Shown one piece after another: positions 12,864-25,515 of a stretch of DNA of 64,000 nucleotides. Every line of letters begins with the position of its first letter. The first letter of the stretch is position 1. The stretch is from Camelus dromedarius (Eukaryota), in assembly GCF_036321535.1 (NCBI RefSeq), contig NC_087437.1, positions 89,282,001 to 89,346,000 of the forward strand, read 5' to 3'. The position numbers and the translations under genes were made by a program. A model generated the notes under the pieces. The model saw only the letters and a program-made list of their open reading frames with translations, made no database searches and was not told the origin of the DNA.

Positions 12864-13872
12864 TGTAAAATTAAGGACTAGCCATGATGGCCTTAGCAGT
12901 TCTCTCAGCTTGACCAACCTAAACAGCCTTCTTCCTGCTCTTTAAGGACCTATAGGAGCCAGGACCTTTGAAATGTGATCATCATCACCAGGGAAGAGCG
13001 AGCGCCTATCACTCAGCCCCTGTGGAAGGGTAGGAGCCAAACTTGAGTGGGCACTTTGTTCCAAGTTGTAAAACTACCTCCTGTCCAGAAGATTGGAGAA
13101 AGTTGACTTTTTCTTTGGCTAAGACCAATTAGCAAACACAGAGAACCTAAAATCCCCTACCTTCAACCCAGCTCTTAAAGGCTCTCTAGCCCTTTGTTTC
13201 AATAGAGTTGGGCTCAGACTGAGTTCTGGCTTCTCTCCCCAATTGAAAGACTTGAATAAAGACTATGGAAGATAAGACATGGAGGTAACCTAAATGTCTA
13301 TCAACAGATAATTAGATAAAGAAATTGTGGTATATATATATACCATGAAATACTTCTCAGCCTTAAAAAGAATAAAATAATGTCATTTGCAGCAACATGG
13401 ATGGACCTGGAGATCATCATACTAAATAAACTAAACCAGAAAGAGAAAAAAGAATGCCATAAGACATCACCTATATTGGATTCTGGGAAAAAAAAGAAAA
13501 AAAGGACACAAATGAACGTATTTATAAAACAGAGACAGACTCACAGACATAGAAAGCAAATTTATGGTTACCAGAGAGGAAAGGGGGTGGGAAGGAATAA
13601 ATTGAGAGTTTGGGATTTGTAGATACTAACTACTATATATAAAATAGGTAAGCAACAAGATCTTACTATATATAACACAGGAAACTATATTCAATGGCCT
13701 ATGATGAAAAATAATATGAAGAGAAGTATATATATATGTGTGTGTGTATAAATGAATCACTATGCTGTACACCAGAAATTAACACAACATTATAAATCGA
13801 CTATTCTTCAATTTAAAAAAAAAAGCCTTCCTTCTCTGCTAAACATTGTCTGGTGCAATGTTTGCTTTGACA
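12864..13872 (+). mobile_element. ERV1 solo LTR (MER67-like) split by L1
   Basis: TG...CA termini, near-TSD ttat/atat, 'ggtaggagccaaactt', 'ttagcaaacacaga', AATAAA at 13255-13260, 3' part 'tgtctggtgcaatgtttgctttgaca'. Confidence 0.75.
13262..13824 (+). mobile_element. 5'-truncated L1 (cetartiodactyl-type) with poly(A)
   Basis: Encodes ORF2 C-terminal remnant FAATWMDLEIIIL (ORF 13380..13622), then 3'UTR and an A10 tail. Confidence 0.92.
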
Positions 13873-15049
13873 ATATTCAACATATAAAATTGCCAGCTGT
13901 GAATAATCCAATACGTAGGATTATAAATTCAATGGAATTATCTTTATAGTTTCCCTTGCTCAATGCTGAAATGTGTGTTTTGAAGAACAAAGTTAGAAAT
14001 ACATCCTTGGCATTTCCAGTATGTGAAAAAAAATCAGAGTTTTAAGTACCACTACTTGTTCTTCAGCTCTTCTACAAATGCATGTTCTCTGGGAACAATC
14101 TGCTTGATCTGCTCTTCCGTTGGCAAAGGGAAAATTAAACAAAGATGTCAGTAATTTCTTGCCTACCATTTATTAAAAAGATTCATTGATTATATGATGT
14201 AGTGTACTGAAGCACAATGATACACCCCCCATGGGTTTAATTGCACACCATACAAAGCAAACAAAATAAAATTGTAGTTGAGGGAGACAGTATGAGCATC
14301 ACAGAATTGCTGTCATTTCAGTGAGCTAGCTTGATTTAGAAAGGTGAATTTAATGTCACATGTTAAAATCCCTGAACTTACACGTTTGTTTTCAAATATT
14401 TAAGGGAGACAAGTTCCCCCAAATACGGAGGGTATACATGCAGTTAAACATGGCATATCAAGAGACTTGTTTTTACAGTGGTGAGAACTGTATGCTGACA
14501 ACTAGCAAGAGTTGTAAGTTTAGAGTTTTTGTGAAATGGCTACTAGTTTTCTCTGATGATCTATTACACTGAGTATCATTCCAAAAGTGCATTTGCTAAA
14601 TCACAACCACTGCTTGAGGAGAAATTTGGAGGGCCACACAATCACTGGGCTCTAAGCATTCTTGTTATGTTATTTAATAAAACACTTTATTTTTTTAGCA
14701 ATGGCCATTAGGGCTAAATCATCTCGGATAAATGCTTATGACATGTCTGAATGTCCTTAAAAAATGGCACTAAATAAGCTGCGCATTAAAATGAAGACAA
14801 AGTTTAAATATCTTTCAAATCAAGCATCCTGAACACATGGAACTCAGTGTAGCAGTGGTCCTTCCACAGCCTCCAGTTTCACCCATGAACACTTTAAAGT
14901 CAAGGTTAGAACCTTTAACCATCTCCCAATAGATTGAACCCACCATTTATTGATATAATTTTCATACTGTGGTTAGATTTTTAGCTTCCTATACAACATC
15001 AACCCCAAACCCCTGCTTTCTAAGCTTAAGAGAAATACCATTTTAACGG

Positions 15050-15345
15050 GAGGGACTGTCCCCTACCCTCTTGGCACTCTACACTACCTAGTTAGGCTGC
15101 TTACTTCCCATATGTGGTTCTCAGTCGGTGGTGAATATATACCCCAGTTTCTTGTCATCCTTAGAATGACGTTGATTTGTGTTCTACACTGTCTTGCATA
15201 GGTCCTTGGCAGGATTGAGCGTTAGTTGCCCACAGTGAGAACTTGCTTCATAACTCCCCCTTGCTGATTTCTTTCTCATCTCACCTCCTTAGTCCTCTAC
15301 CCAGGTTTCTAGCAATCAGCTCACATCTCTTCCTGAAGATCTGTT
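15050..15345 (+). mobile_element. ERVL LTR fragment (LTR16-like)
   Basis: 'ggcaggattgagcgttagttgcccacagtgagaacttgcttcataac'. Confidence 0.6.
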
Positions 15346-15349
15346 GCAG

Positions 15350-15765
15350 GTTTGACGACCCTCATTGTAGTTAGGAATGAGCAGAAGATCCTAATCTTAG
15401 CCAATGAGATCTGATGGGTGAAAAAATAATTTGACCATTAAAAAAGGAGGAGAGCAGTAAGAAAGGGTCTGTTCTCCTAATAAAGGGTAGTGCAGGGAGC
15501 CACCTCCACCTGCTGCCCTCCCTTCTCCACCTCCATCAAGCACTTCTTGCTCTAAATGTAGATATACTTAAAACTGCAGCCATCATCTTGTAACAAACAT
15601 GAAGATGATATGAAACATCCTCAGAATGTTGACGGGGACAGAGGAGTAATCTGGGACTTTGAGCAGATGACTAAAATCAGTAGAAATTTTGTTCTGTGAG
15701 AAAAAAGTATGCCATACTTATTTGAGAACAAATACGTTGATTTTTTTGCTACTGCATGTACTAAG
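15350..15765 (+). mobile_element. MaLR LTR fragment (MLT1J/K-like)
   Basis: 'ttagccaatgagatc', 'ctgcagccatcatcttgtaac', 'tgtgagaaaaaag'. Confidence 0.55.
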
Positions 15766-17479
15766 GTGTACATCTATTTTATTGAAAATTTCATAGTAAG
15801 AAGAAGGTGTACATTGTACAATATGCAGAAAAACATCATAGAAATTTTCATCACTTTTTAGTCTCTAATATTATTCTCCTTAGCTGTTTCAAACCTTCTT
15901 TTCCTTCACATAATATTTTTAAATATTTTCTATTTTTGTGAGAAATTCCGTTTCTACACTAGGCTTGCACATTTGGCACAAAAAACCCAAAAACCCAGAA
16001 GTGAGCCCCAGCCAAATCTTGTATATTTTTAAGTGTACCTCAGATAGGGCCTCTTGTTTCTTTCTCCAAGTAAGCACAAATTCCTGGAAAAATAAATTTA
16101 AAATTACCTAGCTTAATTCACAAATTCAAACCAAAACAGCAAAAGGCAGATTGTTTTTCCTGGCTTAAAAATGTGAAGCGCTACCTTACCTCATTTAGTA
16201 ATTTCACATATATAAAGAAAAACGTGCCAATAAAAGAAGGTTGCTGTATCTGAAAGTATGGGGAAAACTAAATAAAAAATAAATTGGTCAGAGAATAGCT
16301 AGCAATGTCTCAGAAACAGAAAGCTTCTGCATGTGAGAAACACAAAAAGCCAATCCAAATAATCACATGTGTAAATGTGCTGTGTGTATTATTTACTTTG
16401 TTCTTTTCTGCAATATTGTGTACATGGTACAATTTTTATATATATATAAAAATTCATATATATATTATATACATATGAAGCAAAGTCAGAAAAAAGTTAG
16501 GGGAAAAAAACTCTCCAGATTCTTGCTGGTATCAGTATTTGAGGGGCAGATCACAAAACATGTTGGGTATGTCAGTTTGAGATTTCTAATAATCATTCAG
16601 CTTAAGAGTAGGTGGCCAGGTATACAGTAGTTTGTGAAAGTTGTCTGGGATGTAGATACGAGTCTAAGAGTCATAAATATATAAATAATATTTAATGTCT
16701 CCTGATATTTGATACTGGAAAATGTCTAGTTTCCAGTTTGAACCAGCATTATCTGGTTATCAGTATTTCTGACCGCCATGTGAGTCTACCTCTTTGTCTA
16801 CCTGATATTTCCTTTTGCTGAAAAAGGAGATCTCTATTGAGAGAGCAGAATAGTTCATGACCTTCCCTAGATCTTAAGTATCTCCTCAAGGTCATCCCAT
16901 TATCTTTGACTTAATCAAAGCTCAACTAATTACATTCTAAATATTTAATTTCCCAGGTATTTTGTCAAAGAGAGGAGGATTTTCATAAAGAGCAAAATCT
17001 TATATCCTCTAAAATAGGTAAGCACGTGGATTCTAATATTCATCTATGCATTTGTTCAGCATATTGATCTCTGATAGAATAATTGACTTATTCTGGAATA
17101 ACTGGAAATAATACCTGGAAAATATTAACCCTAAAGATCATATGTAAACAACCAGGTGACATGATCAGACAACCACCTCTATCTTGGACTCTCAACTGTG
17201 CCACATGCAAAGATTATTTTGTTTTCAATCCCACTACTAAAAAATTACTGTATTTGAAATGAACAGGCAGTTTGTATACAGAATCCAGCTCTATAACCCA
17301 CTGTTCAATTGGGTGATGAAAACTAATTTGAGATTAATGTTTACATCTGTAAAATAATATTTAAATATGTTAAAATAGTATTTACATAGCACTGTTATTT
17401 TGAGGATTCAAGACAATACCTGTTGTCTATTTTAGAAATATATCAGCTGAAACCAAGAGTCAATTCTCAGTCTTCAATT

Positions 17480-18705
17480 TCCCATTATCAACAGCTAATC
17501 ACCCCAACTTGGTTTCACTCTTTTTATTTGGTTTACAGGACACTACTTTTTTTAAAAAAATCTAATTGGTGGCGACTGAATTTTAGTGGCTCCTCATTTC
17601 TGGCCTATGTTATAGCATTGATATTCCCCAGGTTTAATTTTCTGGTCCTCTTCTAAATTTGCATTCACTTCTTTGGTGATCTTATTAGTCTCCTGACATT
17701 AAATACTATTCATATATTTATGACTCAGATTCATATCTACATCCCAGATAACGTTCACAAACTACTGTATATCTAGCCATCTACTCTTAAGTTAAATGGT
17801 TATTAGAAATTTCAAACTGACATATCCAACATGTTTTGTGATCTGCCCCCCAAATACTAATCCATCTGCCCATAGTCTTTTCCATATAAATTGATAGAAA
17901 CTTCATCCTTCTGGTCACTCAGATGTCAACCTCTCCAACTTACTCATACCGCGTATCAAATCTTTCAGGAAATTCTGAAGCTCTAGAATCTGATCACATC
18001 TGCTATCCCCCTGGTCCTGTGAAACAAGCACTTGAATAGCTGTCTAATTTAGACTTTTAATAGGTCTCATTGTTTTCACTGTGACCTTCCCCAAGGTGTT
18101 CTCTACAAGGAAGGACATTACCATTGTAACTCTGATTGTGTTATGATCTGCTGAAAACCCTGCAATAGCACCCAATTTCAAAGACTTCACAATGGCCTCC
18201 AAAGGCCTCACATGATGAGATCCCCATGATTTTTTGATGTAATCTTCTCCTCTCCCCATTTTTCATTCCATTTCAGCAACGTTGGCCTTCTTGCTCTTTC
18301 TTTAATCGGAGAGACTTATTCTTGCCGTAGGAATGGTGGCAGAAATAAACCACTTTTTTTCTTCCTGAAATTCTTTTCCCGAAGATAAGAAAGTTCATGA
18401 CTAATTCCAATACTTTCTTCAAACTTTTGCTGAAATGTTATCTTTTCATTGATTCCTACCATCACCACCTGTTTAAAATTAAAATCTGCATGATTCATTC
18501 TCATGTTTGATTTTTCCATTACACTTATCAATTTTAATGGATTATATAATTTACCTTTTTTGGATTATATCAAATGTTTATTAGCTAATGGTTTTATAGT
18601 AATTGCACCCCAGGTAGGCAAGGGTCTGTATCTGTTGGGTTCATTGATATAATCCAAATGCCTAGAATGGTGTCTGACATATAGTGGATGTTCAATATAT
18701 TACTC
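17480..18705 (+). mobile_element. L2 (L2a-like) 3' region
   Basis: Pyrimidine-rich L2 body ending 'tgcctagaatggtgtctgacatatagtggatgttcaatatatt'. Confidence 0.8.
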
Positions 18706-18875
18706 TGCTTGGCAAAGAGTAGAAGCTACTATTATCATCTATCCAATCCACATTATATCATCAATTATTGGATATTGCACAGAGGTCAGAATATTCCTAT
18801 TCATCGTTATTTAATTTAATAGGTAATAAAATTTCACAGAGACAGTTCTTGATTAAGTTGTAGCATAACATTTGA

Positions 18876-19218
18876 TTTTTTTAAATTTAAGTATAGTTGA
18901 TTTACAGTGCTGTGTTAATTTCTACTGTACAGCATAGTGATTCACTTATACATGTATATTTATTCCTTTTCACATTCTTTTTCATATATAGGTTATTACA
19001 AGGTATTGATTACAGTTCCCTGTGCTATACAGTAGGACTTTGTTGTTTACCTATTTTATATATAGTAATTAGTATCTGCAAATCTCAAACTCCCAATCTA
19101 TCCCTCCCCACCCTATTTCCCTCCTGGTGACCATAAGTTTGTTTTTTATGTCAGTGACTGTCTCTATTTTGTAAATAAGTTCATTTGTGTTTAGATTCCA
19201 CATATAAGTGATATCATA
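18876..19218 (-). mobile_element. L1 3' end (cetartiodactyl-type)
   Basis: 'aagtatagttgatttacagtgctgtgttaatttctactgtacagcatagtgattc...ttccacatataagtgatatcata'. Confidence 0.9.
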
Positions 19219-19234
19219 AGGAAACTTTCTTAAA

Positions 19235-19517
19235 TTTTTTATTAAAGTATAGTCAGTTTATAACGTGTTAATTTCTGGTGTACAGCATAGTGATTCTGTT
19301 ATATATATGTGTGTATATATATTCTTTTTCATATTTTTTTCTTTTTCCATTTTTAATATATATATTTTATTGACGTATAGTCAGCTTGCAATGTGTCAAC
19401 TACAGGTGTACAGCACAATACTTCAGTCATATAGTAACAAATATATATTCTTTTTAACCATAAGTTACTACAAGATATTGACTATAGTTCCCTGTGCTAT
19501 ATAGCATAAACTTGTTG
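19235..19517 (-). mobile_element. Two further stacked L1 3' ends (starting about 19235 and about 19350)
   Basis: The L1 terminal motif 'ttttatt(g/a)a..tatagtcag' recurs at about 19237 and 19365. Confidence 0.85.
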
Positions 19518-19518
19518 G

Positions 19519-19662
19519 GTGTTTTTGTTTTTGTTTTGTTTTGTTTTTTGATGGGGGGGAGAGAAGTAATTAGGTTTATCTATTTATTTTTAGAGGAGGT
19601 TCTGGGGATTGAACCCAGGACCTCCTGCATGCTAAGCATGCACTCTTGAGCTATACCCTCCC
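19519..19662 (-). mobile_element. tRNA-derived SINE, camelid Vic-1-like
   Basis: Minus strand reads GGGAGGGTATAGCTCAAGAGTGCATGCTTAGCATGCAGGAGGTCCTGGGTTCAATCCCCAG (A-box remnant, B box GGTTCAATCC), then TAAAAATAAATAGATAAACCTAATTAC and a (CAAAA)n tail. Confidence 0.88.
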
Positions 19663-19791
19663 TGATTTTCTTTTTCATTATAGGCTGTAATAACAAACAG
19701 AAACTCAGAAGTGTTATTAGAAAAGGAATTTTAGGACTATGTATTGGTGAATAATGAAGCTAGAGACATCCATGAGTGGGAGAGAACAATT

Positions 19792-22182
19792 AGTGGCAGT
19801 TAGGTCGTGATGAGCCAACTAGATCCTCTCTTCAGACCTGGCCGTTTTTGCCCCTTGCTGCAAGGCTTGTTGGCTGCTGACTGCTCACAGCTGAGTTCTC
19901 CCTTAGGCCTTTGCCCTCAGCTGGAGAACAATAATCTGCCTTTGTTTCAGTGTTGCCTTCCTCCTATGGGCAGCTGACATCCATTGATTTGTCAATGCAG
20001 GGTATAAAAACCCTGCCCCCTTGTTTCATTTGCAACTGTTTTTCAGGGACAACCTAACTCCAGAGAGCAGAGGCAAAACTGGGGTTTTTGGATTGCAGTA
20101 CCTCCTGCCAGCTGAAAATGAGGACCGCGCCACTGGAGGTAAGTGGAGTACGAACACCTCACATGCTATCTCAGTGAAATTTTAAACTTTTCACTAGTGT
20201 TAAACTGGGATGGGGTAATGGTGGAGGGGGAATGCACTGGCAGTTACATCTCCGGCATCCTGAGAGTCCAAAGAAAATAGTATTACCAGGATCCTGAAAT
20301 TGGTCAGTTTTATTGGATACTACTTATGCATTGGGGGTGAAAAATGAAGGCTGGGGAAAATTAATCACCAATTTTGGTCATGTGTGAAAGCCAGATGACC
20401 TTCTGAGCAGCATAAAGTTATTTTTATTTCTGAAGGGCAAAAACAGCTATGCATGAGGCCCATAATTTAATTATAAGAATAGAGGAGTTTCAGAAAAGTT
20501 CAAATTCTTAACTCTGCAAGTGTGCTTGTCTTAAGGTTAAGACCCTAATAAGAAAGGCGTGGAACCCTGTGAAGGTAAAAAGTAGATTGATGCCCTTAAA
20601 AATCTTGAATTTCCAGGTCTCTCAAACACAGTGGGCCTCTGGAAATGGCCCTCTCCTCTCTTCAAAGGCTAGGACTCCATCTTTATGGGAATTTGATGGC
20701 AATATTCTTTTTATACATTCTCATTTCCACTCTGGGCCACTGTACCAATAACCTGGGTCATCACATCGAACCCAACTGGGGCAGTGCTGAGTCTGCAAAG
20801 TGACGAAAAGGAATACACACCAAACAGCTGTAGTGGAGTAGCCAAAAGTTACTCTTAGGAGCTAGGACGGTATATATGGATCCTGTGGGGTCTGGATTAA
20901 GAAGGATCAAAGAGAGTAGCTTTGTTTGTCTTAATATATGTTAGCAGTTGTGTTAGGCAGAATAATGCCCCACCTCACCCTCATAAATGTCCATTTCCTA
21001 ATCTCTGGAACCATCTGACCCAGTGACCATATATATATATATATATGAATATGTATTTATGTACTTTTTGCCTTCCATGACAAATTAAACCAGACAGATG
21101 AATTAAATTTGCTAACAAGCTGCGCTTAAAATAGAGAAGGTATTCAGGGTTACCCAGGTGGTTCTAATATAAATCCAAGGATTCTTAACGTTGGAAAAAG
21201 GAAGTGAAAAACAAGAGTCAGAAAAGGAGATGTGATCAGTCAGAGTGAGGACAGGTGAGTGAGTGGACTAAACCTGCCATGGCTCACTTCAAAATTGGGA
21301 GAAAGCCCAGAAGCCAAGGAATTTGGACATGCTCTGAAAGCTGGGAAAGGCAAGAAAACAGGTTCTACCCTAGAGACTCCAGAAGTAACTCATTTCTGAT
21401 GAGATCATGATTTTTAGCCCAATGAGACCCATTTCAGACTTCTGCCCTTTATAACTATAAGATAGCAAATTTGTATGATTTAAGCCACTTAGGTTTTAGA
21501 AATTGGTTACTACAGCAAAAGATAATTAATGCAGCCCTCCTTCATGATGTTAGATTTCACACCTTGGCAAGAATCCCATGAGTTAATGCCAATATGGTGC
21601 TAGGAGCATGAATACAACAATGACTTACACTGAGTGAAATATTTGTACCTGAATTACTGTTGCTTTCAACACCTGGAAAAGTGAGTGCCTCAGCCTTGAA
21701 GGAGGGAAGTAGAAATCCACCCCAGTACCTACTACAGTCTACCCATGCCTTTCAGATAAAAAACTTGCTTTATATAGTAAGTTTGCTCCATCTGGACACA
21801 TTTCCAGCATGATGCTGAGAGTGTTTGCTGCTGACAGCACATTGTCAATTTCTGTTCCAGAACTGCCCAACTTAGTAGAAGAAAGAGTGCTGCCCTTCCC
21901 CAAGTTACCATCTTACTCAGGGGAAGTCCAAAATCAAGGCTGGTTGACGAGTGGGTGCAGAGACTAGACTTTTTTCCTTAACCTGAGACAATTAGGGAGA
22001 ATCATCCCAGCTCCAGAGCTCCCTAAGGACATCAGCTGAGATGTCATGAAACTATATCACATTTCAACTTCTCCCTCCACTTGACACTGTTTCTCTTACT
22101 CTTTCCAGATGTTATTCTCTGGAGCACTCCCCAGTAAACTCTCCATCTAAGAGTCTGTTTCCCAGAGAATTCATCTAAAACA
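19792..22182 (+). mobile_element. Deleted ERVL provirus remnant: LTR16-like 5' LTR (about 19792-20075), decayed internal/gag-like sequence, LTR16-like 3' LTR (to 22182)
   Basis: Both ends share 'tgtt(g/t)gctgctgac' and 'ctccagag'; the 3' LTR ends 'gagtctgtttcccagagaattcatctaaaaca'; the internal part resembles ERVL-int. Confidence 0.65.
20950..21533 (+). mobile_element. MaLR solo LTR (MLT1D-like) in the ERVL internal region
   Basis: 'tgtgttaggcagaataatgcccc...agccaaggaatttggacatgctctgaaagctgggaaaggcaagaaaacaggttctaccctagag...gataattaatgca'. Confidence 0.85.
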
Positions 22183-22541
22183 GTAGCTTGGTAAGGAAAG
22201 ACAATAACTCTTCTCCCCCTATTGAAATAAGCAGTGACTTCCTAAGTGATGGGCTAAGGGAAAATTGTGTGCTGCAACAGGGTCTCAGGTTTCTAGGAGG
22301 TCAAAAATGGACTTTTTATAGTGACATGAAGAAAGCAGCTTTGCTGTGATGGATTGGGGAAGAATCTGTGGTCCACCTGTACCATTTGATGTGATCCAGA
22401 TGTGATGATGTATTCTAGAAATGAAATAATGTACCTAGTTTGAGATGCAGCCAGCATGAGTTTGGGGATGGGCAGATAGTAATGTAGTCAATTCTGGAAA
22501 GGCTGTGAGGGTCTGGGAATTATGCAGAGGAGGCAATCACT

Positions 22542-23010
22542 TCATTAATTCATTCACATATTAGCACATTCAAGTGTTTGTCTAGAACTTTTCAAATGTT
22601 TGCCACTGTGCTAGTATAACCAAGAAGCAAAGAAGCTATCCCTGTCTTTTCAGACTTGTAAAAAGGAACTTTTAATATCAGATGACAAATGTGGTAGTAT
22701 AGACATACAACTAACTAGGTAAGGACAGAGGTGAAATAATACAGGTAAAGCAAACAGCCCAGGCAAAGACCCAAACTTCAGAAAGAGGATAGCATAGTAT
22801 TTATTGCTCAGTGATTTAAAAGCATATCCGTAGGACAGAAATAAAGGAAGGAAGATGAGAGAAGAGGTGAACAAGAGTCAAATTGTGAAATGTCTTGTGG
22901 GTAGGTCATGTTTAAGAGTTTAGATTTGATCCTGAAGGCTGTAGGGAGAATAGGAAGATTTTTAAGTAGGGAGTGATATCATCAGATGTGCCTTCCGGAA
23001 ATATCAGTGT
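22542..23010 (-). mobile_element. L2 fragment
   Basis: 'ttcattaattcattcacatatt' terminus; 'gaagatttttaagtagggagtgatatcatcagat'. Confidence 0.65.
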
Positions 23011-25279
23011 GAAACTCGGACAGAGCATAGCTCAGAGGGCAACTTCTGTGGCAGCTCCCTTGCTTTGTAAGCTTGATAACATCAAGGCTCCGTAAGCCTT
23101 GATCTCTCAGTGCCATGTAGAGATTTAAGATACAGTTCTGGCTCTGACACCTTTTATTTATAGGATGCAAACAGATAAAAGAACATCAAGAAACTCCAAC
23201 CAAGAAAACATATAGAACAGAATGGAAATTATTAAGGTAGTCACCAAAGTTTATAAACTTTACCAATGATAGAATTTGTGGCATGATTAAATATGACCTC
23301 TTAGATCGTGGAACTATAACTAGATTTTCAAAAAGCAGTTCTGCTTAGGGTATGAGCTATAGATTAGTGAGCAATGAATTTTACCCTGATTTCTATCAGT
23401 ATTTTCAAATAATTTTTGCCCTAAGACTCCAAATATGAATAAACTTGAGTAATATTAACACAATATAGTAAAAGTGTGTGTTTTTTTTTATGTTCTGGAA
23501 AAATGCCATTTCCTTTAGACACCAGAGGAAAAATTTTTATATTTGTCTGGAGCTTCAATTTCATAAGCTTCAGTAAAAATCTTAGACTCTTGTATGTTTT
23601 CGAGGAAAAAGTGTTATTAACCATGATGAAGGTCTATTTAATCCTAGGCAGTAGAAAATCTTGTAAGTTCTGATATCAGACATCATCAGAAATGTTGCCT
23701 TACCCACAGATGAATGTTGCAGGTCTCAATTCAGACTTATCTTGTTAAGATCAGGTAGTAATAGCCTTATCCCAAACATTTAGTTTTACGTCTCTGATCT
23801 CTTTGAGTCTTATCCTCCTGATTGGTTGCTTTTAATAAGAAGCCTTTTCAGGCTCTATCTGCCCTGATAATGCCAACTGAGAGGTTGAGACTGGACAAGA
23901 GAAAGATATGAGGAAATACTTGCTTTATAAATCTAAAATGTAAATCAAATGATGTAGGCTTCCCAAGAAGCAAAATCCTACAGAATCAGTTGCTCAAAAA
24001 TTATTATTGAGCTATCAAGAAATAGAACTCTATGCAAACATTGAAAAAAATAGGTTTTCTTGGTATGAGTAATACAATGCCTGTTATCTATATGTTAATA
24101 CACATAATTTATATAACACATATATATTACTAGGCACTCATGGAAGATAAAAAATGGGTTGATAAAACCACTCATGCAAAATATTAAATTAATCTGTATG
24201 GGAAAATACAGTAGGCTGATCAAATTTTGATCAGTTAAATTATTATCAATTAAATTATTATTGAATGACCACCTAAGTTTTGTTAAACTTCCTTTTTTTG
24301 ACACAAACTATTAATATGAGGTATAAATTGCCTTTACATCCCATGAGCTTATTACTCCTGATTAAATATTTAATAAACACTTGGTACTTATAAAAAATTA
24401 GAATATCATTATAATACCACCCTGATACAGCATTGGTTCTATAAAATCACCATTTTCATGTTCTGTTAGCAATGCGTTTGAATTTAATTATAGGCATTCT
24501 TTATTAATTGTACATACCCTTCTGGGGTAATAAATACCACAGTTTGGGTTTGTCTTTTGTTCTGTTATCTTTGACCTTTATTCTGTGTGTCATGTATCCT
24601 AAATCTGTACCTCTGACCTAATTTATAATCCTGTACTTTCGACTTGTCCATTCAGCAGCTGTCCAGATATTTGCATTATAATATTACCCAGACATCTGAA
24701 AATGAATATATAAAATTTAATAATTTCTCCTAAATCTACATCTACTTCTATAAACTCCTTTTACTCAGGGAAGCATATTCCCTGATAAATCTGATAATAA
24801 AAGGAGTATCTTGACAAAGAAATATCTATACTTTTTATTTCCAAGTAATGTGTGTAACAAGTATCTGTGCTTCATTCCATCCTTAAAACCACACTTGAAT
24901 TTTTAGACTTTCTTATTTCACTTTATGTTGTGAGATTTTTATTAGAATGTATTATTACATATGTTATTTTTTTTTAAGTCTGCTGGAAAATTTACCATGT
25001 TATGCACCAGTAATGTCTGTATGCGTAGGACTGATATCACTAACATCACTGTTTGTTAGTGCAATTCATTATGTCCTGGGATGTCTGAGGTGGAGAGAAT
25101 CATCACACAGGGGACTCGGTTATGGTCCCTTATATCTTGCCCTTCACCCAGTCAAACTGGTTCAAGACATATGTGATGTGTTAGAGAATGAGTAGTTACT
25201 GAACAGGCTTAGTGACCTCTTCTGAGAGGAGGAAAATTGGTAAACAGAACAAAACTAACAATAACAACTTCCCTATGAT

Positions 25280-25515
25280 TATTACCATTTACTTCAAGTG
25301 CACTATATGCCAAGCACTGATCTAAGGCCTTTATATATATTTAACACTCAAGCAGCTAAAATGGTAGTTAAATTGATTATTCTCATTTCATAGATATGAA
25401 AAAGGAAACATATATGGGACAGAAATTTATCAAAGGAGAAAAATAAGTAGGAAGGGGAACCATTGCTTAGAGTTTTGTTTAGCTGTAGGGCCAAGACTTA
25501 AACATCGAACTATTT
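25280..25515 (-). mobile_element. MIR SINE
   Basis: 'taccatttacttcaagtgcactatatgccaagcactg...ctcatttcatagatatgaaaa'. Confidence 0.65.

Noticed and set aside
19600..19662. tRNA-like sequence
   Set aside because: It is the SINE head: truncated D-arm region and a SINE tail; not a tRNA gene.
20100..21660. Possible domesticated retroviral gag
   Set aside because: Many stops and frameshifts, interrupted by an MLT1 LTR; no ORF over 60 aa.
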